Positions 47,160-57,657 of a stretch of 64,000 nucleotides of DNA are shown here, piece by piece (position 1 is the stretch's first letter; the number at the start of each line of letters is the position of its first letter). Both the position numbers and the translations under genes were made by a program. A model generated the notes under the pieces. It had not been told where the DNA came from, ran no database searches, and saw only the letters and a list, made by a program, of their open reading frames with translations. Source of the DNA: Pseudomonadota bacterium (GTDB taxonomy: Bacteria; Bdellovibrionota_B; Oligoflexia; Oligoflexales; CAIYRB01); the NCBI GenBank assembly GCA_031416315.1, contig JANOTL010000109.1:32001-96000 (forward strand), read 5' to 3'.

Positions 47160-48104
47160 CTAGTGGTGGATTGAGAGGGCGCGCACTGCGTCCGCGAGCA
47201 TGGCGTGCAGGGCGCCGTCGCTTGGCCGCAGTTTTCCGAGGAACGCGGCTTGGGTTCCCTCGGGGACCTGCGCCAGGAGAAAGGCGAAGTGCTTGGGGCG
47301 CATTTGGATCTGCTGGCTCAGGAAGGCGAGCGCGCGATTGGCGACCATCGCGTCGGCGACGGTCGCGAAGGCGAAAAGGTCCTTGTAGCCGGGGTGCAGA
47401 AGCGACGGAGCGGTCGTCTCGAAGTGGCTAAGAGCCGTGAGGCAAACGACGCGCCGCTCGGCGGTGAGGCCCGGAAGCGCGCTGAGATAGCTGAGGAGGT
47501 CGTCGGCCGCGGCGACGGGATTCAGCTTGATCAGGGCGCGCGCGTACTCCGGATGATGCTCCTCCATCAACGCCGCGCGAATGAGCGGATACGCGTCCTT
47601 GAGGTCGTTGGCCTTCGCCGCGGCGGCGGCTTCTGGCGAGAAGCCGGTCGACGCGCTCTTGGCCGCGCGCCGGCCGATCTCGGCGCTGACGAGCGAAGCC
47701 ATCGCCGAAGACGGATGACGCGCCGCGACTTGCCAGGCGATGCGGCGCACGATCGGACGCTTGGCGACGGCGAGCACCTCGAAGACCCGCGGCGCTTGGG
47801 CGCCGTGCAAAAGCAGATAGAGCTCGACGCCAGCATGGAGCGCGGCAGGCGCAGCGGCGTCGCGGCGGGCGCGGAGGCGCGCGAGCAAGGCGCCTTCGGC
47901 TTCTGCGCTTTCTCGATGGCGCTCGATCTCAGCGGCGGCAGCATGGGCGGCGTCGGAGGTCGCGGCGGTGAAGACGCGGTCGAGATGCGCGTCGACGTCG
48001 CTCGTTCGGGGCTCGGCTTCGAGCGGGTGCGCCTCTTCCGTGGTCCGACAAGCTTGCATGGCGAGCGCGAGCAGGAGCGTGGTTGTGAGACGATGGCGCT
48101 TCAC
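47160..48104 (-). CDS. Hypothetical alpha-helical (HEAT-like) lipoprotein
   Basis: GTG start, lipobox MQAC, Ala/Leu-rich helices. Confidence 0.55.
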   Translation of the reverse strand: MKRHRLTTTLLLALAMQACRTTEEAHPLEAEPRTSDVDAHLDRVFTAATSDAAHAAAAEIERHRESAEAEGALLARLRARRDAAAPAALHAGVELYLLLHGAQAPRVFEVLAVAKRPIVRRIAWQVAARHPSSAMASLVSAEIGRRAAKSASTGFSPEAAAAAKANDLKDAYPLIRAALMEEHHPEYARALIKLNPVAAADDLLSYLSALPGLTAERRVVCLTALSHFETTAPSLLHPGYKDLFAFATVADAMVANRALAFLSQQIQMRPKHFAFLLAQVPEGTQAAFLGKLRPSDGALHAMLADAVRALSIHH

Positions 48105-48169
48105 GGGCAAGAGGGATCCTTCACCTCGACGCGGCAGGGTCGTGGTTTCGTCACCATCGTCTGACTGCG

Positions 48170-50962
48170 TCAGTGCCGCGTCAAGGACTGAAGCTCGGAG
48201 CCGACACGGCCGAGCTCGCGCGCGACGGCCGGGACGAGGCCACCGGCGGCGGCGAAGTCGGCTTCGCGCCCCGCGGCCTCCAGCTGACGCAAGAGCCCCA
48301 TGAGCTCCTTGGCGCCGAAATGGCTGCAACTACCATAAAGGGTGTGGGCGGTGCGCTCGAGAGTGAGGGCGTCGGCACGCTCCAGGGCACGCTCGAGGGA
48401 GCTCGTGGACGGGGCGACGGTGTCGAGGAAGGCGCGGGCCAGGTTGGCGAGAAAATCTTCGCCGGGCATCTCGGCGTCGAGGGAGTGCAGCTCGGCGAGG
48501 GCCTTGGCGTCGAGCGCACGGGCCGAGGCGGTCGGCGGGGCCAGAGGCGAGGGGGGAAGTGCCGCCGGCGTCGGGATGCCGACCCAGCGCGCGACGACGT
48601 CACGAAGCGCCGACACCTTGACAGGCTTGGCGATGTAGTCGTCCATTCCGGCGGCGAGGCAGTGCTCGCGATCACCTTTCAGCGCGTGCGCTGTCATCGC
48701 GATGATCGGCACACGGGCGCGCGACTCGTCCGCCAGCGCGCGAATGCGGCGGGTCGCCTCGAAGCCGTTCACGCCGGGCATCTGGCAATCCATCAAGACG
48801 GCGGCATAATCGCCCGAAGCGACCTTTGCCACAGCCTCATCGCCGCCGGCGACGGCGTCAGCGGCGAAGCCCATCTTCAGCAGCATGACACTGGCGACCT
48901 CCCGGTTCACCTTGGTGTCGTCGACGACCAGGATGCGCCCGCCGACGCCGACGCCGAGGCCGGCCGAGAGCGCCGAGGCCTCGGGCGCGGCACCCGCTGG
49001 CACGCCGTGGTCTTCGCCGTGCTCGGGCTCGAACCAAAAGACGCTGCCGCGGCCGGGCGTGCTGTCGACGGTGAGGACGCTGCCCATCTTCGCGACGAGC
49101 TTTTGGCAGATCGCCAGGCCGAGGCCGGTGCCGCCGTACTTGCGCGCCGTCGAGGAGTCGGCTTGCGTGAACGGGCGGAAAATGCGCGCCTGCTCCGCCG
49201 GCGTCATGCCGATGCCGGTGTCTTGGATCTCGAAGCGCAGGCGCCCAGGCCCTGCGACGCCGACGCGAACCCTCACCGAGCCGGAGGCGGTAAACTTGAG
49301 GGCGTTGCCAAGGAGGTTGAAGAGCACCTGGCTCAGGCGCGTGGGGTCGCCGACGATGCGCGCGGGAGCCGCTGGATCGACCGCGAGGCTCAGCTCGAGT
49401 TCGTTCTCGTCCGCGCGCGGGCGGAAGAGCTCGACGATCTCGCCGACGGTCGCGCGCAGGTCGAAGGGGACCGCCTCGAGCTCGATCATGTCCGCTTCGA
49501 TCTTCGAGAAGTCGAGGATGTCGTTGACGACGGTGAGGAGCGTCTCGCCGCAGGTCTGGATACGGCTGACGTAGGTCGCCTGCTCCGCGTCCAGCGCCGT
49601 GCCGCCGAGGAGCTCGGCCATGCCGATGACGCCGTTCATCGGCGTGCGGATCTCGTGGCTCATGTTCGCGAGGAACTCGCTCTTCGTGCGGTTCGCGGCC
49701 TCCGCCTCGGCTTTCGCGTGCGCGAGGTCGGTGGCGAAGCCCTCGAAACGGCGCGCCATGGTGTTGAAGGAGCCGCCGAGGTCGCTCAGCTCGTCGCCGC
49801 CGCGGTCGTCGCATCGGACGGTCAGGTCGCCGCGCGCCATCAGCCGCGCCATGCGATTCAGGTCGCGAAGGCGGTAGCGGATCGTGCGCAGGATCCAGTA
49901 GCCGAAGCCGCTGGAAAGGCCGACGCACAGCACGGTGATGAGCACCAGGAGACCGGCGGCCTGACGGACGAGGGATTTGCTGCGCTTCTTGCCTTCGGCG
50001 AGTGCCTCGGTGTTGCGCTTGACGATGCCGCGGATCAGCTCGTCGGTCGCCTGGAAGAGGGCGGTCGCCCGCGCTCGCACCAGCTTGAAGCCTTGCTCGC
50101 CGCGCGGCAGGCTCTTCGACGGAAGGTCGACGCGACTTTGGTGAACCAGCCACTGCCGCAATGCGGCCTCGAACTTCGCCAACGTGGCGCTCGCCTGCGC
50201 CGGGAGAAGCGGCCTGAGCTCCTTCAGACGCAGGTACAAGGCGTTGGTGCTCTCCGCCGCGGTACGAGCACCCGCGACCTCTGCGTTTGCTGGGCGCGCG
50301 TTGACCGACTTCAAGAGCGCCAAGGACTCGGCCGAGACGGAGGCGCAGCTCACGTCCTGCAGAGCCGCTCCCTTTCGGCTCGCGCGACGGTCGCAGCCTT
50401 CCTTGATGGCGCGCATCAGCCGGGTGAGCTCGGCGTAGGTCGGAACCTTCACCTTGCCGTCGCCGCCGTCGGCAGCCTTCAGCTTGCGGTCGAGGCTGAC
50501 GAGCTCAAGCACGTGGCGCTGCTGGCTCAGATACGCGCCGAAGTTTGTCTTGATCGCGTCGACCTCGGCCCGCGTCGGTGCGTCGTCGAGAAGGGCGCTG
50601 ATCGCCTCGATGCGCTCGTTGGCGGCCGCCTGACCCTCGCTCAGGACCGCCTTGAAGCGCCCGATCTCTTCCGGCGTCTGCGCCAGGATCAGGGATTTCT
50701 CCGCGCGGTCGACTTTCAAGATGAGCTGGCTCAGCTCGAGGCCGTATTGGATGCGCTTCGACGTGAAGTCGACCATCTCGGTGATGCGCTCGTCGAGCGC
50801 TTCGAGGTTGCGGACGGAGGTCACGGCGATCGCGATGGCCGTGGCCGCGGCGACGGCGAGCACGAAGACCAGGCGCCCGCGAATCGTCAGGCGGTCCATC
50901 GCCTTGTCGAGCTGACGCGCGACGAAGAGCCAATGCCCTTTTAGGTGGCGCCCATACTTCAT
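48170..50962 (-). CDS. Membrane hybrid histidine kinase (four-helix-bundle sensor, HAMP, HisKA, HATPase, REC, Hpt)
   Basis: [45 protein letters not shown]...MDCQMP...KP, AHTLYGS. Confidence 0.93.
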   Translation of the reverse strand: MKYGRHLKGHWLFVARQLDKAMDRLTIRGRLVFVLAVAAATAIAIAVTSVRNLEALDERITEMVDFTSKRIQYGLELSQLILKVDRAEKSLILAQTPEEIGRFKAVLSEGQAAANERIEAISALLDDAPTRAEVDAIKTNFGAYLSQQRHVLELVSLDRKLKAADGGDGKVKVPTYAELTRLMRAIKEGCDRRASRKGAALQDVSCASVSAESLALLKSVNARPANAEVAGARTAAESTNALYLRLKELRPLLPAQASATLAKFEAALRQWLVHQSRVDLPSKSLPRGEQGFKLVRARATALFQATDELIRGIVKRNTEALAEGKKRSKSLVRQAAGLLVLITVLCVGLSSGFGYWILRTIRYRLRDLNRMARLMARGDLTVRCDDRGGDELSDLGGSFNTMARRFEGFATDLAHAKAEAEAANRTKSEFLANMSHEIRTPMNGVIGMAELLGGTALDAEQATYVSRIQTCGETLLTVVNDILDFSKIEADMIELEAVPFDLRATVGEIVELFRPRADENELELSLAVDPAAPARIVGDPTRLSQVLFNLLGNALKFTASGSVRVRVGVAGPGRLRFEIQDTGIGMTPAEQARIFRPFTQADSSTARKYGGTGLGLAICQKLVAKMGSVLTVDSTPGRGSVFWFEPEHGEDHGVPAGAAPEASALSAGLGVGVGGRILVVDDTKVNREVASVMLLKMGFAADAVAGGDEAVAKVASGDYAAVLMDCQMPGVNGFEATRRIRALADESRARVPIIAMTAHALKGDREHCLAAGMDDYIAKPVKVSALRDVVARWVGIPTPAALPPSPLAPPTASARALDAKALAELHSLDAEMPGEDFLANLARAFLDTVAPSTSSLERALERADALTLERTAHTLYGSCSHFGAKELMGLLRQLEAAGREADFAAAGGLVPAVARELGRVGSELQSLTRH

Positions 50963-51107
50963 GGAACTCCGATACGGATGGGGTGGTCGCTCGTCGCATG
51001 ATACTACGACCCCCCGCTGCTCCCCGCATCATGCGGCGACCGATCGAAATTTAAGGACAAAACGGCGCCTCACGGGACCGCGAAGCACGCATCCGGCGGC
51101 TGGCGGC

Positions 51108-53813
51108 TCAGCGAGGAACCGAAGTCATTGTTTCGACCTCGTAAAGCGCGAACGCCTCGGCACGCCGGAGGAGGCGCAGCTGCGGCAGCATGAGTGGGCC
51201 GTAGCCGTCGGCGACCCCGTCCTCGAGGACGACGTGCGTGATGTGGTGCTCGGCAAGGCGCTCGAGCCAGGTGCTCGCAGTGAGCTCGTCGAGGCGCCAG
51301 GTCCAGACTGGATAGGTTTGCGTGCGGTGCCAGAATTCTCCGTTGGCGAGGAAGTACGGCGTGTTCGTGTCGGTGAGCGCTAGCATGCGGATGGGACGCG
51401 CGCTGGCGGCCCGGGCGAGGGAAGCGTTGAGGGAAAGGATGGGCTTTCTCGCGAGGAGCGCGGCGGTGAGGTTGTCCGCCGTGAGGAGCTGCGCGACGCG
51501 TCGCGACGAGACGTCGACATGGCTGCGTGCGAGTCCGAGCGCGAGGATGCCAGCGACGGCGAGGCGACGAGCCGTCCGGCTGCGCGCGGCGAAGGCGGCG
51601 ACGGCGGCGAGCGCTATGACCGCGACGGGGCCGAGCGCCGTCAGGAAATGGCGGTTCTCGACCTTGCCGCCGAACTCGCCCATGCCGACGAGGAGGAAAA
51701 AGAACGCCAAGAGTGCGTAGGCTGCGAGGAAGCGGAAGCGCGCGTCGGACCACAGGCGAGCGCGCACCGAACCGAAAGCCACCAGCGCGAGGACGAGGCC
51801 GGCGAGGTGCAAAGGCTCGACGACGAGCCTCCCGAAGGAGCGCGCGACGACGCCGAGGTCGAACGCGAACGGCTTGAACTCGGGCACGATGGTCTTCATC
51901 GACAGCGGCGCGTAAGGCGATTGAAAGATGCCGTTCATCAACGGGAAGAGCGGGTTGCCGGTGGCGCGGAGGTGCTCGGCGGCGAAGGGAAGCCAAACGA
52001 GGACCATCGCGACGGCGGCGAGAACGAAGAGGCGAAGCTGGGCGCGGCGGGCCACGAGCGCTGCGACGGCGATGGCGACGAAGGCAATCGCGGCGGTCGG
52101 CTTGATGACGAAGGCGCAGGCCGCGACAAGGACGAAGGTCGCGGCCTCGCCCGAGGCGAGCGCGGCGACGGCCATGAGGCTCGAGGCGGCGAGGTAGCCG
52201 TCGTTCTTCGGCAAGGTGAAGACGAAGAAGAAGCCCGGAGCGAGCAGGATCGGCGCGGCGGCGAGGCGGAGCGCGCCGAAGACGAACAGGCGCGCGAGCG
52301 CGTTCAACGCGATCAGGACGCCGCCGAAGCCGACGAGGACGTGCGTCAGCTGCGCTAGCGCATTCTGTTCGGCGTTGCCGGCGGCGAGGAGCTTGAGCAG
52401 CAGATAGTAGTGCTCGATCGCGAGCGCGTAGCCAGAATAAATGCTGTTGGCGACGAAGCCAGTGTGGCCGTCGCGGATCCAGGACTCGGCGAGCGACAGG
52501 TGGTAGAGATAGCCGTCGCCGTGCCCTTGAAAATCAAAGGCAGGGAGCGCGCGCAGCAGAAAGAGCGCGAGGACGAGCGCGACGAGCGACTGTAGGGCGG
52601 GGCGCGCGCCGCGGTAAGTGCGCAGCGCGTCGATGGCGTTATTCGCGAGCTGCGGCAGGGCAGCTGGGCGAAGCGCGTAGAGTCCGCAGCCGATCGCGGC
52701 GACGATGAGGGCTCCCGTGGCGCTCGGCGCCGCGAAGCGGCCGGCGACGAAGGTGGCGATCCCGCTCATGGTAACGCCGGCGAGAAGGACGGCGGCGGCC
52801 TCGAGGCGGCTCGGCGCGGTGCGCCCCATGCCGAGACTCGCTGTGGCGGCGCGGGCAAGGGCCGCGAGGCGTCCGCCGAGCCCGGCGAACACCGGAAGCA
52901 GCGCGGCGAACGTAAGCGTGACTTTCGCCAGGAAAAAAAGGCGCGCGCCGAGGCCGTGACCCGTTTCCTCCAACGGCAGGAAACGTACGGTCAAGAGCCA
53001 GAGGAACGCGAAGAACGCAAAAACGGGCTCGCCGAAACGCAAGCGGAGGAGGAAAAGCGTCTTCACCATGCGCAAGGGATCGCGCAGCATGTTCACCCGC
53101 GAGCCGGCGACGTCGCGCCAGCTCACGGCGACCTCGGCGATGCGCAAGCCGCGGCGGCGGGCGAGCTCGAGGATCTCGGTGTCGAAGCTGAAGTCGTCGA
53201 CGGTCGAGGCGGTGAAGACCGCTTCGGCGGCCGCGGCGGTGAAGAGCTTGAAGCCGCACTGCGTGTCAAGGATGTCGAGCTCGAAGAGGAAGCGGACGAG
53301 CGCCGAATAGATGCGGCCGGTGACGTGGCGGCTGCGATGGACGTGCCAGACGATCTCGCCTTCCCGTGCTGGCGGCGCATCGGGCGCGGCCTTGCCCTCG
53401 GCGTCGAGGTAAACGCGTCGTCCGGCGGCCGCCGCGCGCGAGGCGATGGCGACGTCGGCGCCGGCGTCGATCGCCAGCTGCAGGCGGGCGAGCTCCTCGA
53501 TCGGCGTCGCGCCGTCGGCGTCGGCGAAGACGCGCAGCTCGCCGCGCGCGACGCACATGCCGACGCGGACGGCTGCGCCTTTGCCGCGGTTGTCGGCGAA
53601 GCGGAAGAGCGAGGCTTCTCCGAGCTCGCGCACGACGACGCGGTCGGTGCCGTCGGTCGAGCCGTCGTCGACGACGATGATCTCGAAGTCCTCGTTGAGC
53701 TTGCCGTAGCGCTGCGTGAGCCAGGCCTTCGCCGTGGCGAGAAAGCGCGGCAGGCGCTCGGCCTCGTTGAAGGCCGGGATCACGAGCGAGATCTTCGGCA
53801 GGCGCTCAGTCAC
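51108..53813 (-). CDS. Polyprenyl-phosphate glycosyltransferase (GT2, DPG-synthase-like) fused to a multi-TM GT-C-like domain
   Basis: IPAFNEAERL, VVDDGSTD, NRGKGAAV, FADADG, DTQCGFKLF, FSFDTE; then about 12 TM helices with DGYLYHL, PKND, ATGNPLFP. Confidence 0.85.
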   Translation of the reverse strand: MTERLPKISLVIPAFNEAERLPRFLATAKAWLTQRYGKLNEDFEIIVVDDGSTDGTDRVVVRELGEASLFRFADNRGKGAAVRVGMCVARGELRVFADADGATPIEELARLQLAIDAGADVAIASRAAAAGRRVYLDAEGKAAPDAPPAREGEIVWHVHRSRHVTGRIYSALVRFLFELDILDTQCGFKLFTAAAAEAVFTASTVDDFSFDTEILELARRRGLRIAEVAVSWRDVAGSRVNMLRDPLRMVKTLFLLRLRFGEPVFAFFAFLWLLTVRFLPLEETGHGLGARLFFLAKVTLTFAALLPVFAGLGGRLAALARAATASLGMGRTAPSRLEAAAVLLAGVTMSGIATFVAGRFAAPSATGALIVAAIGCGLYALRPAALPQLANNAIDALRTYRGARPALQSLVALVLALFLLRALPAFDFQGHGDGYLYHLSLAESWIRDGHTGFVANSIYSGYALAIEHYYLLLKLLAAGNAEQNALAQLTHVLVGFGGVLIALNALARLFVFGALRLAAAPILLAPGFFFVFTLPKNDGYLAASSLMAVAALASGEAATFVLVAACAFVIKPTAAIAFVAIAVAALVARRAQLRLFVLAAVAMVLVWLPFAAEHLRATGNPLFPLMNGIFQSPYAPLSMKTIVPEFKPFAFDLGVVARSFGRLVVEPLHLAGLVLALVAFGSVRARLWSDARFRFLAAYALLAFFFLLVGMGEFGGKVENRHFLTALGPVAVIALAAVAAFAARSRTARRLAVAGILALGLARSHVDVSSRRVAQLLTADNLTAALLARKPILSLNASLARAASARPIRMLALTDTNTPYFLANGEFWHRTQTYPVWTWRLDELTASTWLERLAEHHITHVVLEDGVADGYGPLMLPQLRLLRRAEAFALYEVETMTSVPR

Positions 53814-55653
53814 GGCCGGTCTCAAAGCGGGACCCTCCGGAGCGCGGCGCGAGGAGATCGCCGAGGACGAGGGAGGAAAGGACCTGCTCTTGCCGGCGCT
53901 CGATCGGGCGCAGAGTGCCGGAATATGCGTAAAGGCGATTCTGCCAGTTGATCAGGACCTCTTCGCGCGCCGCGAAGGCGTTGCGGCCCATGAATTGATT
54001 CGGCACGTCGTACCGGCCCAGGAGCGCGAGCACGGTGGGCGGCACATCGGCGACGCTGGCGAGATGACCTAAGCGCGTGCCGGCCAAAGCCTCGGGCATG
54101 CCGGAGGCGCGGATCCAGAAGGGAACGCGGGTGATGGTGCGGAACATCGCTCCGAACGCGGCCTCGCCCGCGAGCGCCTCGCCGCGGGGAATGCCGTGGT
54201 CCGCGACCAGGACGACGAGCGTGTGCGGCAGCTCGCGCTCGATCCTTTGGAGGAGCGCGGCGAGGCTCCAATCGACGTATTGCAGGATTTGATCGGCGCG
54301 CGACGCGCTCGAGTCGACGAGCCCCGCGGGCACGTCCGTCGGCAGGCGGTAGGGCCGGTGGTTGCTCAGGCTCAGGATCGTGCTGAAAAACGGCTGATTC
54401 GCCGTCTTGGTGCGCTCGACGGCATAGTCGAAGAGCGCGTGGTCGCTCACGCCCCAACCGGCGCGCGGCGTCTCCAGGGCGAACTGGCTCTCGCCGAAGA
54501 TGTGGCTCATGCCGTTCGCGGCGTGAAAAGTCGCCTGGTTGTCGAAGGCGTTGTCGGAGCCGTAAAAGAAGAGGGTCTCGTACGTTTGCGCGCGGAAGAT
54601 CTCGCCCAGGCAGGCGAGGTTATTGCGCGGCGTCGTGTACATGAGGTCCATGCTGCTCGGATTGAAGACGGAGCAGAGGCTTGCGAGCTGGCCGTGCGAA
54701 GTGTGCATGCCGGCGCTGTAGGCTTCGGTGAAGCGGATGCCGGTCGCGAGCACGCCGGGCAGGGCGCGGAAGAGCGGCGGGCCGTCGTCGAGCTCTTTGG
54801 CGCGCAGGGACTCGGCGAGGATCAGGACGACGTTCCAGGGGCCTTTCGCCTCGGCCTCCGCACGCAGGAACTCCTGCAGCGTCGCGAACGCGTCGGCGCC
54901 GGGGCCGGGAGGCAGGGCCCGCTCGATCCCGGTTTGCCACAGCGGGAAAGCGTTCGCGGGGCCTTCGTCCCAGGCGCGCGGGCCGAAGGCCAGGCCGCGC
55001 AAATCCCGCAGATCCTGGCTCGAGGGCTTGAAGGCCGCCTCGAAGCGGCGCATCTCTGCCCAGGTGAAGCCGAGGCCGGCGAGCGGATTGAAGCGAAGCT
55101 CGCGGTTCATGTAGGGCTTGCCTTTGAGGCCGTTGGCGACGGCGTGCCCGGAGACGGCAAGGGCGAGCGCAAAGGCCAGCGCGCGCGCGCCGCCAAAGGC
55201 GACCGGCGTCTTGACGTAGACGGCGAAGGCCGCCGCAATCGCGGCGGCGCCGAGAATGAGAAGGCTGCCGTTCGATTGCGCGACGTTGAAGGCGCCGGTG
55301 GCGAACAGGTCGACGCTCGTCATCTTGCCCAGATGGAACGGGCGCAAAGTGAAGCCGAAGTGCTCCATGTACCGATAATGGGCGGCGAAGCCTGCAGCGC
55401 ATGCGAGCGCGGCAAACGGGGCGACGAAATGGAGGACCCGCTTGGCGCGGGTGCGGGCGAGAAGGCCGCCGACGATGGCGAACATGCCTAACAGCGAGAC
55501 GTCCGAGGCGACGCCGCTCGCGACGTTTTCGAGCGCATGCGAGTCGAGAGCGAAGAACGGCAGGCGCAGGACGAGGATGCGGTGCGCGGCGACGGCGGCC
55601 GCGAGCACCAGCATGGCGAAGCGGGACGCGGAGAATGCTGCGACTTGGCCCAT
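53806..55653 (-). CDS. LTA synthase / phosphoglycerol transferase-family (sulfatase fold) membrane enzyme
   Basis: N-terminal TMs; NVVLILAES, SAGMHTSHG (catalytic Thr position), WGVSD, SNHRPY, YVD, VADHG. Confidence 0.85.
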   Translation of the reverse strand: MGQVAAFSASRFAMLVLAAAVAAHRILVLRLPFFALDSHALENVASGVASDVSLLGMFAIVGGLLARTRAKRVLHFVAPFAALACAAGFAAHYRYMEHFGFTLRPFHLGKMTSVDLFATGAFNVAQSNGSLLILGAAAIAAAFAVYVKTPVAFGGARALAFALALAVSGHAVANGLKGKPYMNRELRFNPLAGLGFTWAEMRRFEAAFKPSSQDLRDLRGLAFGPRAWDEGPANAFPLWQTGIERALPPGPGADAFATLQEFLRAEAEAKGPWNVVLILAESLRAKELDDGPPLFRALPGVLATGIRFTEAYSAGMHTSHGQLASLCSVFNPSSMDLMYTTPRNNLACLGEIFRAQTYETLFFYGSDNAFDNQATFHAANGMSHIFGESQFALETPRAGWGVSDHALFDYAVERTKTANQPFFSTILSLSNHRPYRLPTDVPAGLVDSSASRADQILQYVDWSLAALLQRIERELPHTLVVLVADHGIPRGEALAGEAAFGAMFRTITRVPFWIRASGMPEALAGTRLGHLASVADVPPTVLALLGRYDVPNQFMGRNAFAAREEVLINWQNRLYAYSGTLRPIERRQEQVLSSLVLGDLLAPRSGGSRFETGRD

Positions 55654-55810
55654 GGGTCGGGGGATCATGCCACCCCACACTGCGGGGGCCAAGTTGGAAC
55701 TGGCCCGCATAGGTGTCGATCGCGATCCCAGTAAACCAATGAATATACTGGCTTATGCGCGGTCGAAAACGCGAGATCAAGCACTTCCAGCGTCTGCCGA
55801 TTGGGGAGGT

Positions 55811-57649
55811 ATGAGTCGTGACTTCAAGACCTTGCGGATCTTTGTCCTCGGCCTGATGGTCGGCGGCCTCGGCGCGTGCTCCAGCAGCGGCGCCTTCTCA
55901 GGGGAGAGCGCCGCGGCGAAGAAATCGACGAAGGTCGTAACGACCGAGTCCGACTCGACGGACGAGGAGACGAGCGAGGCCGCGAAGAAGAGCGTCGCGA
56001 CCGCGCCGGCCCCAGTCGCGACCGACGACTTCAAGCAAGCGGACGCATCCGTGCCGATCTCCGGCGTCAACCTGACGATCGCGTGCGAATGGCGGGCGGT
56101 GGTCGCCGAATCCGTGCGCGCGGCCTGCGGCTTGGTCGGCGAGGTACCGGCGGGGACCACGTTCGCATGGAGCATTCCGGACGCCGTGATCGAGAGCGGC
56201 GCGCTCGATGCGCGTGTCGAGTTCACTATCGCGCGCGCGAAGGTCCTCACCTTGCAATTGCGCGTCGACGTCGGGGTCGACGTGCCGGTCCGGGCCGCGA
56301 TCAAGACGGCCCTGCCGAAGCTCGCAGTTGGCAAGCTCGGCCGCTGCCTCGGCTCAAAGGAAGAACTAGGCGGATGCTTCTCGTCGAGCGGCTTTACGCT
56401 TGGCGCGGAGGGCCAGCTGTCGCTGCCGGTCGAGGCGCCGCCGCAAGAGCACACGCTGCTGTCGATCGCGGTGACTCCCGTCGACGCGGTGATCCCGAAC
56501 GGCGGCAAGCGGCGCATGCAGGCGATCGCGACGTATGCGGACGGCGAGTCCGAGGATCTCACTGAGAGCGCGACCTGGAGCTCGACGGCGCCCGCGGTCG
56601 CGACCGTGAACGGCGCCGACGTCACGGCGATCGCGATCGGGACGGCGACGATCGAGGCGACTCAGGACGGCGTGACGGGCTCGGCGAGCATCGCGGTGTC
56701 CGCGGGCACCTTGACCGGCATCGAGCTGTTGCCGCCGACGGCCGAGGTCGGCAAAGGTGGGCTAGCGCGCTTCCGCTTGATCGGGAAGTACTCGAACGGC
56801 GCGGAGCAGGATCTCACCGACCAAGCGACGTGGACGTCGCTGAACACGGCGACTGCGACGGCTGTCCCCGACGTGAACGGCGACTTCGCGGCGGTCGAGG
56901 TTGGCGCGAGCGACCTCAAGGCCGAGTTCGGCGGCTTTGTGGCGAACGGCAACCTGACGGTGACGGCCGAGGCGCCCGGCCTCGTGTTCCATTTCGACGC
57001 GTCGAGCCGCGCGTCGTTCAACGACGGCGGCATCGACAATGGCAATCTGGTCACGGCATATGTCGAACAGTCGGTTACGGCGCGAAGCGCGAAGGTCGTG
57101 CAAGGCGCGAACGTCGTCTTCGTCGAAGACGGGGTGAACGGGCGGCCGGCGATGCAGCTGAACGCGGGGGGCGGACTGCAGTTCGCGCACGACGCGGGCC
57201 TCGGCTTCGACGAGTTCACCTTCGTTTTAGTCGGGAAGCATTCGGCCAAGCAGTGCTGGCAGGTGATGTTCCTGAAGGACGATCCGGGAAGCTGGACTTC
57301 CGGGTTTGGCTTCACCGACCGCGTTTGCAGCGGTGTCGAGGGCTGGCAGTTCTGGATCAACAACTACTCGCGCCCGGCGAACTACATCGACTTCGGCGAG
57401 ATCGGCCCGCGGGCGTTCGTCATGATCGGGACGTACCGAAACGGCGAGATCACGCTTCTGGACGACAAGGCCGGGACGGCGATGAAGATGGCGGTGCCGG
57501 CGTTCGCGCCGAATACGAAGCCGCTTTACATCGGTGGATATGCGGCGAAGGACCTGCTGGTCTCGGAGCTCAAGATTTACGAGCGCGAGTTGACCGAGGC
57601 GGAGCGGGGTGGGGTGATGGAGAGGGCTAAGGGGAAATGGGGATTCTGA
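55811..57649 (+). CDS. Lipoprotein with two Big_2 Ig-like domains and a C-terminal LamG/concanavalin-like domain
   Basis: RBS GGAGGT; lipobox LGAC; repeats SIAVTP...DLTESATWSS and GIELLP...DLTDQATWTS; GLVFHFDAS...LYIGG...ELKIYERELT. Confidence 0.82.
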   Translation: MSRDFKTLRIFVLGLMVGGLGACSSSGAFSGESAAAKKSTKVVTTESDSTDEETSEAAKKSVATAPAPVATDDFKQADASVPISGVNLTIACEWRAVVAESVRAACGLVGEVPAGTTFAWSIPDAVIESGALDARVEFTIARAKVLTLQLRVDVGVDVPVRAAIKTALPKLAVGKLGRCLGSKEELGGCFSSSGFTLGAEGQLSLPVEAPPQEHTLLSIAVTPVDAVIPNGGKRRMQAIATYADGESEDLTESATWSSTAPAVATVNGADVTAIAIGTATIEATQDGVTGSASIAVSAGTLTGIELLPPTAEVGKGGLARFRLIGKYSNGAEQDLTDQATWTSLNTATATAVPDVNGDFAAVEVGASDLKAEFGGFVANGNLTVTAEAPGLVFHFDASSRASFNDGGIDNGNLVTAYVEQSVTARSAKVVQGANVVFVEDGVNGRPAMQLNAGGGLQFAHDAGLGFDEFTFVLVGKHSAKQCWQVMFLKDDPGSWTSGFGFTDRVCSGVEGWQFWINNYSRPANYIDFGEIGPRAFVMIGTYRNGEITLLDDKAGTAMKMAVPAFAPNTKPLYIGGYAAKDLLVSELKIYERELTEAERGGVMERAKGKWGF

Positions 57650-57657
57650 GCGGTCGT

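Noticed and set aside
48173..50944. 923-aa plus-strand ORF, and similar long antisense ORFs such as 13238-15472, 19049-21082, 37044-38837, 42173-43813 and 298-1575
   Set aside because: Antisense shadows of clear genes, expected from stop-codon scarcity at high GC; no recognisable motifs.
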